Origin: Octopus sinensis
Lineage: Eukaryota
DNA length: 64,000 bases
Direction: 5' to 3'
Assembly: GCF_006345805.1 (NCBI RefSeq)
Contig: NC_043012.1
Span: 6,882,001-6,946,000, forward strand
Within the stretch, counting starts at the first letter, position 1. Each line of letters begins with the position of its first letter. The notes under the pieces were generated by a model. That model was not told where the DNA came from. It ran no database searches and saw only the letters and a list, made by a program, of their open reading frames with translations. A program made the translations under genes and the position numbers. Positions 12,790-26,059 of the stretch are shown piece after piece.

Positions 12790-13385
12790 CTCCATCATCC
12801 TCCCGCATCTACAAACGTTTGTCGGTTTATCGGTGGTGTCATCATTATTCCCGTTGTCATCACGGTCAACTTCTTTTACATTGCCACCACCACCACTACC
12901 ATCATCATCATCATCATCATCTATATCGTCATCATCTATATTGTCATCATTCTGCTCCAGCTCAGCCTCATCCTACTCGTCACCTTGCATATCATTAATA
13001 TTATTATTTACCTCCACGTCCTTCTCTTCTTCCTCCTCCTCCTCCTCATCATCCTTATCAGCATCATACCATCACCATTATCCCTTTCCTTCTCTTCCTC
13101 CTCGTCATCAACCCCTCTGCTCCTCCTTGTCCCCCTCCTCCTCCTCTTCCCCCTTCTCCTCCTCCTCATCATCATCATCATTATCCTTTACACCATCATC
13201 ACTATCACCTTCCGTCTCCTCCCCATCCGTCTCTTCCCCGTCCGTCTCCATATCATTCCCATTATCCTCCGCCTCCTCCTCACTACCATCGTCGACTTCG
13301 TCATCATCCACCTCCTCTCCCGTCACCAATTTCTCCCCACCCTTCTTATCATCATCACCACCACCACCACCACCACCACCACCAA
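12790..13385. repeat. Cryptic CAT/CCT/CAC low-complexity tract
   Basis: Degenerate trinucleotide composition; the minus strand reads as an acidic D/E/G peptide with stops and frameshifts. Confidence 0.7.
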
Positions 13386-13919
13386 AGACAGTGTTTGTCG
13401 AGACGGGATGCTTGGTGGAGAACCGACATGAGAACTGCATTCCATTCGTGCAGAAATGCATCTAAATGTGCACATCACGGTCACGTTTCTTCAATATATT
13501 TCAATATACAATTGATCTGAAGTCGACTGGATTTTCTCGAAAATTCTAATTGGTCGGGAAGTTTGTGCATAATGAGCAACTTGAAATTGTCGCTTCGTTA
13601 TCACCGTCGTCGTCATCGTCACCTTTTATTATTATCGTTATTATTGATTTGATTCCGGTTCGGTCTTATTCCTGGAAGGATTTAGGTGGCTAGCGGGTCA
13701 CAACCTGTAGCCTGAAATATCCACAAGCTTTCCAATCGTCTTCCAAGTGCTTAGAACCCTCCTGATAATATCGTTCCTGGCCCTAAGAAGTAAACTTTCT
13801 GTAGAAGCTCTACACGACCTTCTATTCTAATTTCCTTATATAATTTGTCTATATCTTTGCTTACAATTCCCAATGCACTTCACTCCCAAATGTCAGGCCT
13901 TGTGCCTAGCATAGAGAGG

Positions 13920-13985
<66 letters not shown>

Positions 13986-14277
13986 GAGTGAGAGAGCAGT
14001 TCATGCCATCAAAGTGACACTGGAGTAAAATATACGAAGTCCAATATACCCATCATGACTACCCGTCTGATAAGGGTACACCAGGCACATGCATCACAAC
14101 CATATGTGCGCGACATGGTGATCTCATATCAAGATAAACAGCGCATCACCTTGCAGGTGGGGCCCAGTTAGAATTTTCTTCAGGTTGAGTAGCCCATCCC
14201 GCTCAAAAGGTCCCTGAATAAGGGTTGTTTAAGGATGTTGAAAGAACCACCCATGTTTCCAGAGGTGAATTATTCAA
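13920..14277 (-). mobile_element. Non-LTR element 3' end with (AAT)n tail, same family as 121-612
   Basis: Reverse complement matches about 300-612; long (TTA)n at 13920-13985. Confidence 0.8.
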
Positions 14278-15195
14278 TATTATTATTATTATTATTTTCA
14301 TTGCCTTTGCACAGCTTCTAACGCTGGAGATGTACTATGGTGCCAGCTGTTCACTACCAGTGAACTAAGGTAACACCTCTTATTTTTCGAGCCCCATCCG
14401 GAGTATTCGTGTGGTTCCAAGCAGTGCTGTTTTCTGCAAGTGCTCCACCCTTATTGCAGCCCCTATTTGTTCCATGTACTTCTCAAGATTTTTACTCACT
14501 ATTCCCAGGGCTCCGACAATTATTTGTATTACTACCACCTTTTATCATCGACCACAACTGCTTAACCTCCCAAGTTAACCTTGTCATATCTCTCAATTTT
14601 TCTTTCTTCCTTATCGCATATCTTGTTGTCTGCTGGGCATGCTATATTTATGATCCAGCATCGTTTGCTTTCTTCCTCAATTAAGACTATGTCCGGCTTC
14701 CTATTCTCTATCTTATTCTCGCACTGAATCATAAGATCCCATAGGATCTTTGCATTTCTATTTTCGATGATACCTTCAGGTTTGCCGTCATCCCAACTTT
14801 TTGCTCTGTCAAGTCCATACTTGTTGCAGAGCGTCCAATGGACAATCCTCGCTATATTGTCATGACGGCTCTTTCTGGGCTAGTGGCGTACATTGACTGG
14901 TAATATGCAATACGGTTTCACCATTTTGTCCACAAATTCTTCACTTATCGCTTTCTGATGTGTTGTCTATTCTGTATTTGATGTAATTCGTTCTTAGTGC
15001 TTGCTCTTGAGCAGCAGAGATTAGAGCCTCCGTTTCCGGTTTTAAATCACTTTCAGTCATTCATAGCTATCTTTTTTCTCTGTCTGCCCCATCTTCAACA
15101 TCCCTACGAACTTGTCCATGCGTTCTTTCCTTTTGAAAGTTTCTCCATTTCTTTTAGAGAGAATGTTCTCATTTGTTGGTATTGACACATCGATT
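14278..15195 (-). mobile_element. 5'-truncated R4/Dong-like LINE (CCHC knuckle + RLE endonuclease), pseudogenised
   Basis: Minus strand: EALISAAQEQALRTNYIKYRID, RICGQNGETVLHITSQC..RHDNIARIVHW, KILWDLMIQC..RKPDIVLIEEESKRCWIINIACP, IIVGALG..QKTALLGTTRILRMGLEK* (stop at 14380-14382), then 3' UTR and (AAT)n. Confidence 0.85.
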
Positions 15196-15624
15196 AGAAA
15201 GCTATAAAGCCAATGGCAGAAGACATTAAGGTCTTGCATAGTGGAACTGAACCCAGGAACCCACGATTCTAAAGAGAACTTCTTGCATATAAGAATGGGA
15301 TGGCTGAATAGTTTGTTTGTGTGTACATTTTGCACACGCTCAACGTAAGCTTATGAGGGTGTCTCAACAGGGTTGTTCAACCAATGACTTAGCAACCAAT
15401 AATATTAAAACAGTGCGCCGGACCAAAGACTTTGCGGCATTTTAGCTTGCTTTTACGTACTGTATTCGGAGTCCCTAAAATTAGTACCAGTTGAATTCTG
15501 GGGTCGATGCAGTTTTGATGGCCTTGTGCCAAATTTTGAAACCAAACGTAGGAAAATCGTTAGCACGCCGGACAAAACCCTAAGCCAGATTTTTTCCAGC
15601 TTCACGTTTTGAGATCCGATTCCG

Positions 15625-16050
15625 TTGTTACTGATGTTACCGCAGTTACCATGGTTACCGCTGTAGCTGTTCTTGCCATGTTTCATTTGTTATCACTGTT
15701 GCCATGGCTATTGTTATTTCCGCTGTTGCCAAGGTTATTGTTGTTAACTCTGTTGTCATAGCTATTGATGCTACCATTGTAACATGGTGGTTGCTGTTAC
15801 ACCTGTTGTCATAGTTACTGATGTAAGCGTTGTTCCCATGGTTACCGTTGTTGCAGCAGTTGTCATACTTTCCGTTCTTATAGGCGTTGTCGTGCTTAGC
15901 TTTCTTTCTATATGGTCAGCTGTGGTTATCGATGTTGCCATGGTTACTGTTTCCACCGACGTTGCCATGGTTTCTGTTGTTACGCTGTTGCTATGGAAGC
16001 TTCTGTCATCGCTAGCGTTATGCTTACCATTATGATTGTTGATATTAAAA
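15625..16050. repeat. Degenerate minisatellite built on gttRccatggttac
   Basis: Recurring units at 15645, 15698, 15805, 15832, 15934, 15961. Confidence 0.7.
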
Positions 16051-16237
16051 TAACTACTGTCATTCCTATGTTTGCGTTTGATGCCGTTGACGTTTTTCTT
16101 CTTTAGACATTCTAACCGTGCCCAACCAGTATTTTTTCCTTAGACACAGATTAGCCAGCATCATGTTAGCGAACGTTTTTTTTTCTAAAGCGATAAAGAT
16201 TTGAGAAAGATTTAGTTAAAATTTTCAGCAAGGCAAG

Positions 16238-16335
16238 CGACCGACCGACCGACCAGCTGACAGACCGACAGTTCGATCGACCGACCGACCGGCCGACCGA
16301 CCGATCAACCGATGGAACGACCGACCGACCGACCT
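16238..16335. repeat. CpG-rich (CGAC)n microsatellite
   Basis: gaccgaccgacc runs. Confidence 0.9.
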
Positions 16336-16394
16336 CGAAGAAGCTCCTACGTTTGTTAACACACTGTTGTCATTATCATCTTTGTTACTGTTAC

Positions 16395-17080
16395 GTTCTG
16401 AGTTCAAATCCCGGCGAAGTCCTCTCCTTTCATCTCTCTCCGAGATTGATATGTAATAAAGTACCAGTCATGTACTGGGTTCGATTTAATCAACTAACTC
16501 CCCCCTCACCGCAAATCCCTGGCCTTATGCCTACTTTGGAAACAATTAGGGTTTCTGTTATTCATGTTGTGTTATTGTTGTTGTTGCTACAACAAAATAA
16601 CAATGTTCCTGTTGTTGTTGCTAATTTTAGTGTTATTTTTGTCAATGCTAAGGATGCAAGCTAACAAAATCGTTTGCAAGCCGGACAAAGCGGTTAGCAA
16701 CTTTTCGTCCGCCTTTAGTTCAAATTCCGCCGAGGTTGACTTTGCCGTTCATCATTTCGGGATCGATACAATAAGTACCAGTCATGTACTAGGGTTGATA
16801 TAATCGACTAGCCTCCGCCCCGCCCCCGACCAAATTCCAGGTCTTTTGTCTGTGGTAGACAGGATTATTGTTATTAAGGCGGCGAGCGGGCAGAAATCCT
16901 GAGTGCGTCGAACAAAATGTTTGGCGTCATTTTCGTCCACCTTTAAGATCTGAGTTCAAATTCTGCCGAGATCGACTTTGCCTTTCGCCCTTTCGGAGTC
17001 AGTGAAATAAGTACCAGCTGCGTCGGTGTAAATGACTATACCCCTCCTCTTAAATTTGCGACCCTTTTGCCAAAATAAGA
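16395..17080 (+). mobile_element. Cluster of three diverged SINE family A copies
   Basis: B boxes near 16402, 16718 and 16953, each followed by body and tail. Confidence 0.75.
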
Positions 17081-17089
17081 AAAGATCAT

Positions 17090-17100
17090 TATTATTATTT

Positions 17101-17131
<31 letters not shown>

Positions 17132-17178
17132 CAGCAGCAGCACCAGCACCAGAAGCAGCAGCAGCAGTAGAAGTAGTT

Positions 17179-17220
<42 letters not shown>

Positions 17221-17930
17221 AATTTATTGTTCTTATTGATTGTGATGATGATGATGGTTGTGACGTTGATGACGACGACGACGATGATGATGATGATGAT
17301 GATGATGATGTAACCACTTTTGCAATTCTATTTAATGAATTTGTTGTTGTTGTTGTTGTCAGCCCTGATCAATCAGACACATGATGACGATGATGATGAT
17401 GATGACGACGACGACGACGACGACGACAACGATAACGATGCAGTAGTGGCTTTCAGCCATGACCGATGTTTCTATCGTTTCTCTGTTTGTCTGTGTGTCT
17501 CTCTTTTTCCTCCTCTTATCGAACAGTAATATCCCTAACACCGCCCAAATGTGTCCTTCATTTTAACATAAAAGGATGCGCTTTGAAAGAGATGCGGCTG
17601 TTGTTTCTAGCAAGTCTACCAACCACCGATATATTCAATCATTATAACAGCTACTATTGTCGTTGATGTTGTTGTTGTTGTTGTTGTCATTACCGATGTT
17701 CTTGTAATTCCTATTGTTGTTCTCGGCTTACTATAAAACATTAGTTCTTGGTGGTGGTGGTAGTGCTACTACTACTACTACTACTACTACTGCTATTGTT
17801 GTTGTTGTTGTTGTTATTGTCGCTGCTGTTGTTGTTGTCGTCGCTGTTGTGACAGCAGCTGCTGCTAAAATAGTTGCAGTACAGTGCAGCTATCGCCGTT
17901 GACACTATTGCTTGCTGTTGCACTACGAAA

Positions 17931-17981
<51 letters not shown>

Positions 17982-19127
17982 CATCACCACCACCACCACC
18001 ACCACCACTACTACTACCACCACCACCACCACTACTACCACCACCACCACCACCACTACTACTACCACCACCACCACCACTACTACCACCACCACCACCA
18101 CCACCCCACCACAACAACGACAACAGCAATAATTAAAACTACTGCTGCTGCTGCTACCGGAGTTGTTGCTTTTGTGCTTGTGTTACCGTTGTCATTGATG
18201 TTGCTAATACAGTTGTTGTTGTTGTTGCTGTTGATAATGGTGCATCCTTTTTCTTCTTTTCTTTCTCTTTTTATTTAGTTATGTTCTTTCTTTCTTTCTT
18301 TCTTTCTTTCTTTTTTCTTTCTTTCTTATTTGCTTCCGCTGCAGTTTTCATTCTGTAACTATTTCCTTTGAAGTTCCTGGTGTTGCTAATGTTGCTAATG
18401 CTGTTTTGTTTTTGTTGTTTTTTTGGTTCTTTTTGTGTTACTGCTGTTTGTAGATTTTGCTGCCGCGGCTGCTGCTGCTGCTACTGCTGCTGTTGTCGCT
18501 GCTGCTGCTGCTTCTTCTACTGTTGCAATTTGCAGGCAGTTGCTGCTAAATTTTTGTTTGCTTATTTGTTTATTTGCCTGCTTGCTTTTGTTTTTGTTTT
18601 CTTTTCATATATATATATATATATATACACATATATATATTTTGTTTTGCTGCATCTAACTCAACACGCCCCCACCGTTGCAGCTGCAACGAAAATTTTT
18701 AGCACCACACACACACACACACACGCATGCGTGCATATATACACATTGACATACTCTCTCTCTCTCTCCTCCTCTCTCTCTCTCTCTCTTAGTCTTTGTT
18801 GCTACTGCTAGAATTGCTGCAGATGCTGCTGCTGTGGTGTTGTTCTCTTGCTGCACTTTGCTGCGACTGCACCAGATGCTACTACTACTACTACTGCTAC
18901 TACTACTACTACTACTACTACTAATATTAATAAATAATAATAATAATAATAATAAATAATAATAATAATAAATAAAAATAATAATAATAATAACAACAAC
19001 AATAATAATAATAATAATAATCATTGTATCACCGTCAACACCACTAGCACTACTACAACGAAGGACACCACCATCACTACTACTACTGCTGCTACTACTA
19101 CTACTACTACTGCTGCTACTACTACTA

Positions 19128-19162
<35 letters not shown>

Positions 19163-19165
19163 TTC
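17090..19165. repeat. Dense trinucleotide microsatellite field (AGT, GAT, GTT, CTA, CCA, CTG, AAT)
   Basis: Visible directly; includes (CCA)4-7(CTA)2-3 super-units at about 17980-18105. Confidence 0.9.
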
Positions 19166-19332
19166 TCCGGCATATGACAATATATGTGTCGTAGTTTGAT
19201 GAGTGAAAATGATGGATCGAAAGAAATAGTGTGCGAGGCGAGTGTGGGAATATGAGAGAATCGAGCGGGGAGAAGGCAGAGGATGAGTGAAAGAGTGAAG
19301 CGTGGATGGCGGTCGGAAGTGAGGGAGCGAAG

Positions 19333-19375
<43 letters not shown>

Positions 19376-19666
19376 GGAGAGAGAGAGAGATGTGGAGTGA
19401 AATCGGTTGCTAGAGATGTTCAACGTTCATCTGGTTGGTTGCCATGGAGTTCCACTTGGCAATGGAATTCTTTGGGTCAGAGAGAAGAAGTTGTTTCTGG
19501 TATTTCTAATTTAGGAATCAACAAAAACATTCTTGCTCTATACAACAACAACAACAATCACAACAACTGCAGCAGCAACAACAATTATTTTTTCTTCAAC
19601 GCATGAAGTATAAAGTTCAAATAATACCTGACAATGTGACGAAGATAATGATGACCATGATGATGG

Positions 19667-19712
<46 letters not shown>

Positions 19713-21234
19713 AGTGGTGGTGGTGATGATGGTTGTGGTGGTGGCGGCGGTGGAGGTGGTGGTGCTGATTTTCTAGAGATGGTTATATAGATGGTTCTCA
19801 GTGATGGTGATGATTAAAATGATAATGATAATGGTGATAATAGTAGTAATGGTGACGGTCTGATAAAATATTAAAAAATGTGTGTGCGTGTGTGTGTGTG
19901 TGCACACACATATACATAGATGTATATACACACACTTACACATATATGTGTGTGTATATGTATGTGTGTGTGTGCACGAGCCTACACATACATGCACACA
20001 CACACACACACATATATGCTGGCGTTGCTTTATTTACATCCCGATCCATTAGCGGTTCGGCAAAAGGTACCGATAGAATATTATCAGACTTCAAAATAAG
20101 TACTAGCATCAATCTGATCACCTAAAACTCTACAAGGCGGTGCTCCTGCATGGCCATAGTCCAGTAACTGAAACAAGTAAAGATAAAAGATATGCACATT
20201 GCCGTGTAATTATAGAATGTGTTAAATCACAGGGCTCTCGCTGCCTTTTCGTAGAACAAATCTGAGAACAACACGACTAGTTTCGGCAGATTATTACTCA
20301 TTTCTCTGCGAATTTCTACTCGTGTTTACCCTGCAAAAATAACAAGAAGCTTGCAGATTGTGTGCGAAAAAATTTGACGAGTAAATTTGACGCCAAATTT
20401 ACTGATTTGCATATCAGCACGTTCATTGACAGTGCTTTTAATTAATTATTGAAATGAATTGCTGAGATAAGTGGATAAGTTACAATATTGTGAATAAGTT
20501 CATACATGTATCTTTAATAAACAAGCAAGCGTTCAACTTCGCTTTGTAAATAGAATGCGGTTGATAATTAATACGCACTTCCTGTGAACGAACTGATATG
20601 CAAAGCAGTAAGACTGGCGCCTAAAACTTTCGTTTCATTCTTCCTTAATGTCTTGAGTTTCTTTTAAGAGGTTTATTGGCTCCTAAAACAAGTATGGATA
20701 TAGATATCGATCGGATGATTCACTAGAGCATCGGATAAATACTTTTCGCTTTTGTCCCTTATTTCGGCTCATTATATGATGTGTTCAGTTCTGAGTTCAA
20801 TGAACTTATGTCGATGTGATCCAGTTCCAAAATTAGAGACAATTCTTGAATTCTGTGGTACATTCTGTATTACATTCGGCAGTAGTGATTGCATCGACCT
20901 TCAAAATATTTCAGCTCACAAATCAATGGATGTCTTGTAAAAACATAAAAATGAATGTACAGCGAAACCTCGTATGAAACGTTAAGCGTATGTTTGAAAA
21001 TATATTCAAGAATTATATTTATTTCATTTTAAACGTCCCAATATTTCCTTTTTTTTTCTTTTGTTTTTAGCCCAAAATATTTGTAAAGTTTCACTAAATT
21101 TTCTTTCTGAATTTCTGAATGATTGACTATATTAATAAAAACGTGTCTTGAAAGAATTACCGTTTTCTGTTTTGCATATTTTTATTGGCGAATTGTTCGT
21201 TAGATCTATAGACTAAAGTTTTCCTATTACCTAT

Positions 21235-21455
21235 TTCTTTATAACCAACAAGGGGCTAAACATAGTGGGGACAAACAAGGACAGACATAGGTATTAAGTC
21301 GATTACATCGACCCCAGTGCGAAACTGGTTCTATATTTATCGACCCCGAAAGGATGAAAGGCAAAGTCGACCTCGGCGGAATTTGAACTCAGAACGTAAC
21401 AGCAGACGAAATACCGCTAAGCATTTCGCCCAGCGTGCTAACGTTTCTGCCAGGC
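21235..21455 (-). mobile_element. SINE family A monomer (tail A)
   Basis: Head, B box, body and tail A all present. Confidence 0.85.
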
Positions 21456-22019
21456 CATTAAGAGAATTGTTTAGGGCAATGCAATTAGAGACAAAGAATC
21501 AGAGACATCCAGTAACATCATTTTTGGTTTATATAATTGTTATCACACTAACCAGTAAGATTCTTAACTCATTTTATCCAGTCTGCCATTTTTGTATGCT
21601 TATCATAAACTTGTTGTTTGATCCAATTTTCAAAAGGTCGGAACCGATATATTCTTAGTAACGGTAATGAAATGATGCGTTAGGTTTAAGCTTTCAATAA
21701 ATTACTTACACACGTACACACACACACATATGCTAGAGTGTGTGTATGTGCGTAAATATGGATGTAGGCAGGACTGCTTGATTATTAAAAAGTTTCCTTC
21801 ATACCCGGTCGGTCTTGGATTCGAAGGTATTGTACAACTTGAACGAGTGTCTGCTACCATAGATTCGGGTTGATCAATATCTGGTGAGCGCAATAAGGTA
21901 GATGGAAACTATGCAGAAAGACAATATGTATATATATGCCTGTGTGTGTTTGTGTGTGCGTGTGTGTATGTGTGTGTGTATACATGTGTGTATATGATAT
22001 TTATATATATGTGTGTATA

Positions 22020-22200
22020 TATAGGGAGAATTCACAAAAATAAAAACAAAAGACGAGGTCAGGGGGTGTAGACAACAATCAGATGTATTAGTATAACGCT
22101 CGTGTAGTGAAAAGTCTTTAACGTTTCGAGCCTACGCTCTTCCACAGAAAGGAACACAGAAAGAAACAAGGAGAGAAAATAAAGAATGTGTAGTGGCCAG
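22020..22200 (-). mobile_element. Penelope-like pseudo-LTR fragment carrying a hammerhead motif
   Basis: Homologous to 22870-23075; partial inverted copy at about 22245-22310; hammerhead motif at 22115-22152. Confidence 0.65.
22115..22152 (-). ncRNA. Minimal type I hammerhead ribozyme-like motif (variant core CUGUGGA)
   Basis: Minus strand ccttt-CTGTGGA-a-GAGC gtag GCTC-GAAA-cg-TT-aaaga: helix I, helix II and palindromic ACGT helix III. Confidence 0.6.
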
Positions 22201-22489
22201 CGATCTATGTGTATATATATATGTGTGTGTGCGTGCGTTAAATAAATAAATGTTTGTTGTTTACACACCCGTCTTCATCTTTTGTTTTTATGTAAATTCC
22301 CACATACATATGTGCCATGCATTATAGCAAGGTTTAGTACGTTTTTGATGTGCCGTTCCATTCCGGGTAATTCAACAATGGACAGCTTTATACAGTTCTT
22401 ATATAACTTATCTATATGTCATATGATTTGCAGCAGAATGCTTCTGAACCAATTGTAAGTAGTATCAACCTTATGCTAGATTGATATAC

Positions 22490-22850
22490 TCTTTACTCTT
22501 TTACTTGCTTCAGTCATTTGACAGTGGCCATGCTGGAGCACCGTCTTTAGTCGAGCAAATCGACTCCAGGACTTATTCTTTGTAAGCCTAGTACTCATTC
22601 TATCGGTCTCTTTTGCCGAACCGCTAAGTTACGGAGACGTAAACACACCAGCATCGGTTGTCAAGCGATGTTGAAGGGGACAAACATAGATACACAAACA
22701 TATACACACACGTACATATAGATATATATACATATATACGACGGGCTTCTTTCAGTTTCCGTCTACCAAATCTACTCACAAGGCTTTGGTCAGCCCGAGG
22801 CTATAGTAGAAGACACTTGCCCAAGGTGCCACGCAGTAGGACTGAACCCA
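22490..22850 (-). mobile_element. tRNA SINE family B (internal microsatellite, CORE-like ccttgggcaag segment), 5'-truncated
   Basis: Matches the full copies at 37920-38315 and 48255-48660. Confidence 0.85.
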
Positions 22851-22869
22851 TATATATATATATATATAT

Positions 22870-23075
22870 AACGGGAAGCTTTATGAAAATAAACAAAAGA
22901 CGAAGGCAGGTGAAATACAAACAAACAATTGTATTAGTATGGCGCTCAGGAATATAAATAAAACAAGTCTTTTACGTTTCGAGCCTACGCTCTTCAACAG
23001 AAAGATACACAGGAAAGAAACACGGAAAGAAACAAGGAGAGAAAAAAATGCGTGCAGAAGCTAGCGAATCAACAT
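22870..23075 (-). mobile_element. Penelope-like pseudo-LTR fragment, second copy
   Basis: Homologous to 22020-22200. Confidence 0.65.
22968..23005 (-). ncRNA. Minimal type I hammerhead ribozyme-like motif (variant core CUGUUGA)
   Basis: Minus strand tcttt-CTGTTGA-a-GAGC gtag GCTC-GAAA-cg-TA-aaaga: perfect 5-bp helix I, GUA cleavage triplet. Confidence 0.65.
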
Positions 23076-23288
23076 GGCGATCTCATATATATATATATAT
23101 AGGCAGGTAGGCATGTATGTGTATGTACGAGATACAAGCATGGCACAGTAAAAGATGTTCTTTGTTATTATTTAAAACTAGTCTTTTATTTAATCATTTT
23201 CACTATAGACATGTTACTATAGATCTATACAGCTATGGGATAATGGTATTAGTGGGAAGCAATGATAGATTGTATGAGCTGAATGGGA

Positions 23289-24363
<1,075 letters not shown>

Positions 24364-24819
24364 GGTTCCGTTTTCAGCAGAGAAAGACGTGATTGCCTTT
24401 GCTCTGTGAAAAAGTCTGCATAGAACGGCGAAATAACCCACTGTAGTTGCAAAACGTAAAACTCTAAGTCATAGAGATCACTACAACACTTTGGTTAAAA
24501 ATATTTTTAAAAATATATATATAAATATATACATATACACAGTAATTTTCATTTCCGCCGAAACGCACATGGTGCAAAAATAACTGAATCAAGTTATCTC
24601 CTGCAAGAAAGAAAAAAGAAGCATCTCTCCTGAAAAAAATCCCGTAAACCAAAAAAAAAAAAAAATAATCAGACCACATTGTTGGATTAAGTATCAATTT
24701 CATCTATTTCATATTTTATTTATTATTCTATTTTATCTTTCACTTAGGCCCACATCTTAGTTAAAGTTGCGATCGTCATTTGGTTTGTTTACATTTTCAA
24801 TAACTGTTCTCGATATAAT

Positions 24820-26000
24820 AATTTTCCAGATACTCTATCTTCTAATTAGCCTAAGATTAAATTAAATAACGTTTAATATTGATACCGTCAAATTAGCCTT
24901 AGGATTAAATTAAATAACGTTTAATATGTTTAATATTGTTAATATTATTGTTAATTAGCCTTAAGATTAAATTAAATAACGTTTAATATTGTTTAATATT
25001 GTTAATAATTTTTCAGATACTCTATCTTCTAATTAGCCTTAGATTAAATTAAATAACGTTTAATATTAATAACGTCTAATTAGCGTTAGGATTAAATTAA
25101 ATAACGTTTAATATTGTTAATAATTATTGTTAATTAGCCTTAGGATTAAATTAAATAACGTTTAATATTGTTTAATATTGTTAATAATTACTGTTAATTA
25201 GCCTTAAGATTAAATTAAATAACGTTTAATATTGTTTAATATTGTTAATAATTATTGTTAATTGCCTTAGGATTAAATTAAATAACGTTTAATATTGTTT
25301 AATATTGTTAAATTATTGTTAATTAGCCTTAAGATTAAATTAAATAACGTTTAATATTGTTTTAATATTGTTAATAATTCTTCAGATACTCTATCTTCTA
25401 ATTAGCGTTAAGATTAAATTAAATAACGTTTATATTACCCACACTCTAATATAATATTAACATTGCTAATATATTTTCAGATACTCTATCTCCTGATTAG
25501 CCTTAAGATTAAATAACGTTTTTATCCACACTCTAATATAATATTAATATTGCTAATATATTTTCAGATACTCTATCTTCTAATTAGCCTTAAGATTAAA
25601 TTAAATAACGTTTAATATTAATAACGTCTAATTAGCCTTAAGATTAAATTAAATAACGGTTAATATTGCTTAATATTATATATAATTTTTCAGATACTCT
25701 GTCTTCTAAATAGCCTTAAGATTAAATTAAATAACGTTTAATATTACCCGCACTCTAATATATATTAATATTGCTAATATATTTTCAGATACTCTATCTC
25801 CAAATTAGCCTTAAGATTAAATAACGTTTTTTTTACCCACCTCTATATAATATTAATATTGCTAATATATTTTCAGATACTCTATCTCCTAATTAGCCTT
25901 AAGATTAAATAACGTTTTTACCCAAATAACGTTTTTACACAAACTTTAATATTGTTAATATTTCTTTTTCAAGTACTCTATCTTCTAATTAGCCTTAATA
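24820..26000. repeat. AT-rich complex minisatellite, about 17 units with core taattagccttaagattaaattaaataacgtttaatatt
   Basis: Units counted by eye; period about 48-95 bp with alternative spacers (cagatactctatcttc; gtttaatattgttaataatt). Confidence 0.9.
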
Positions 26001-26059
26001 TCTTCCTGTCTTCTCTCGAACATAATTAGATAGATAAACGGATAGACGGATTATCCAGC

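Noticed and set aside
20958-21225. pogo/Tc1-like MITE starting tacagcgaaacctcg
   Set aside because: No convincing matching right TIR.
24540-24602. Strong minus-strand acceptor (cttcttttttctttcttgcag)
   Set aside because: Only a weak donor follows and the peptide is unrecognisable.
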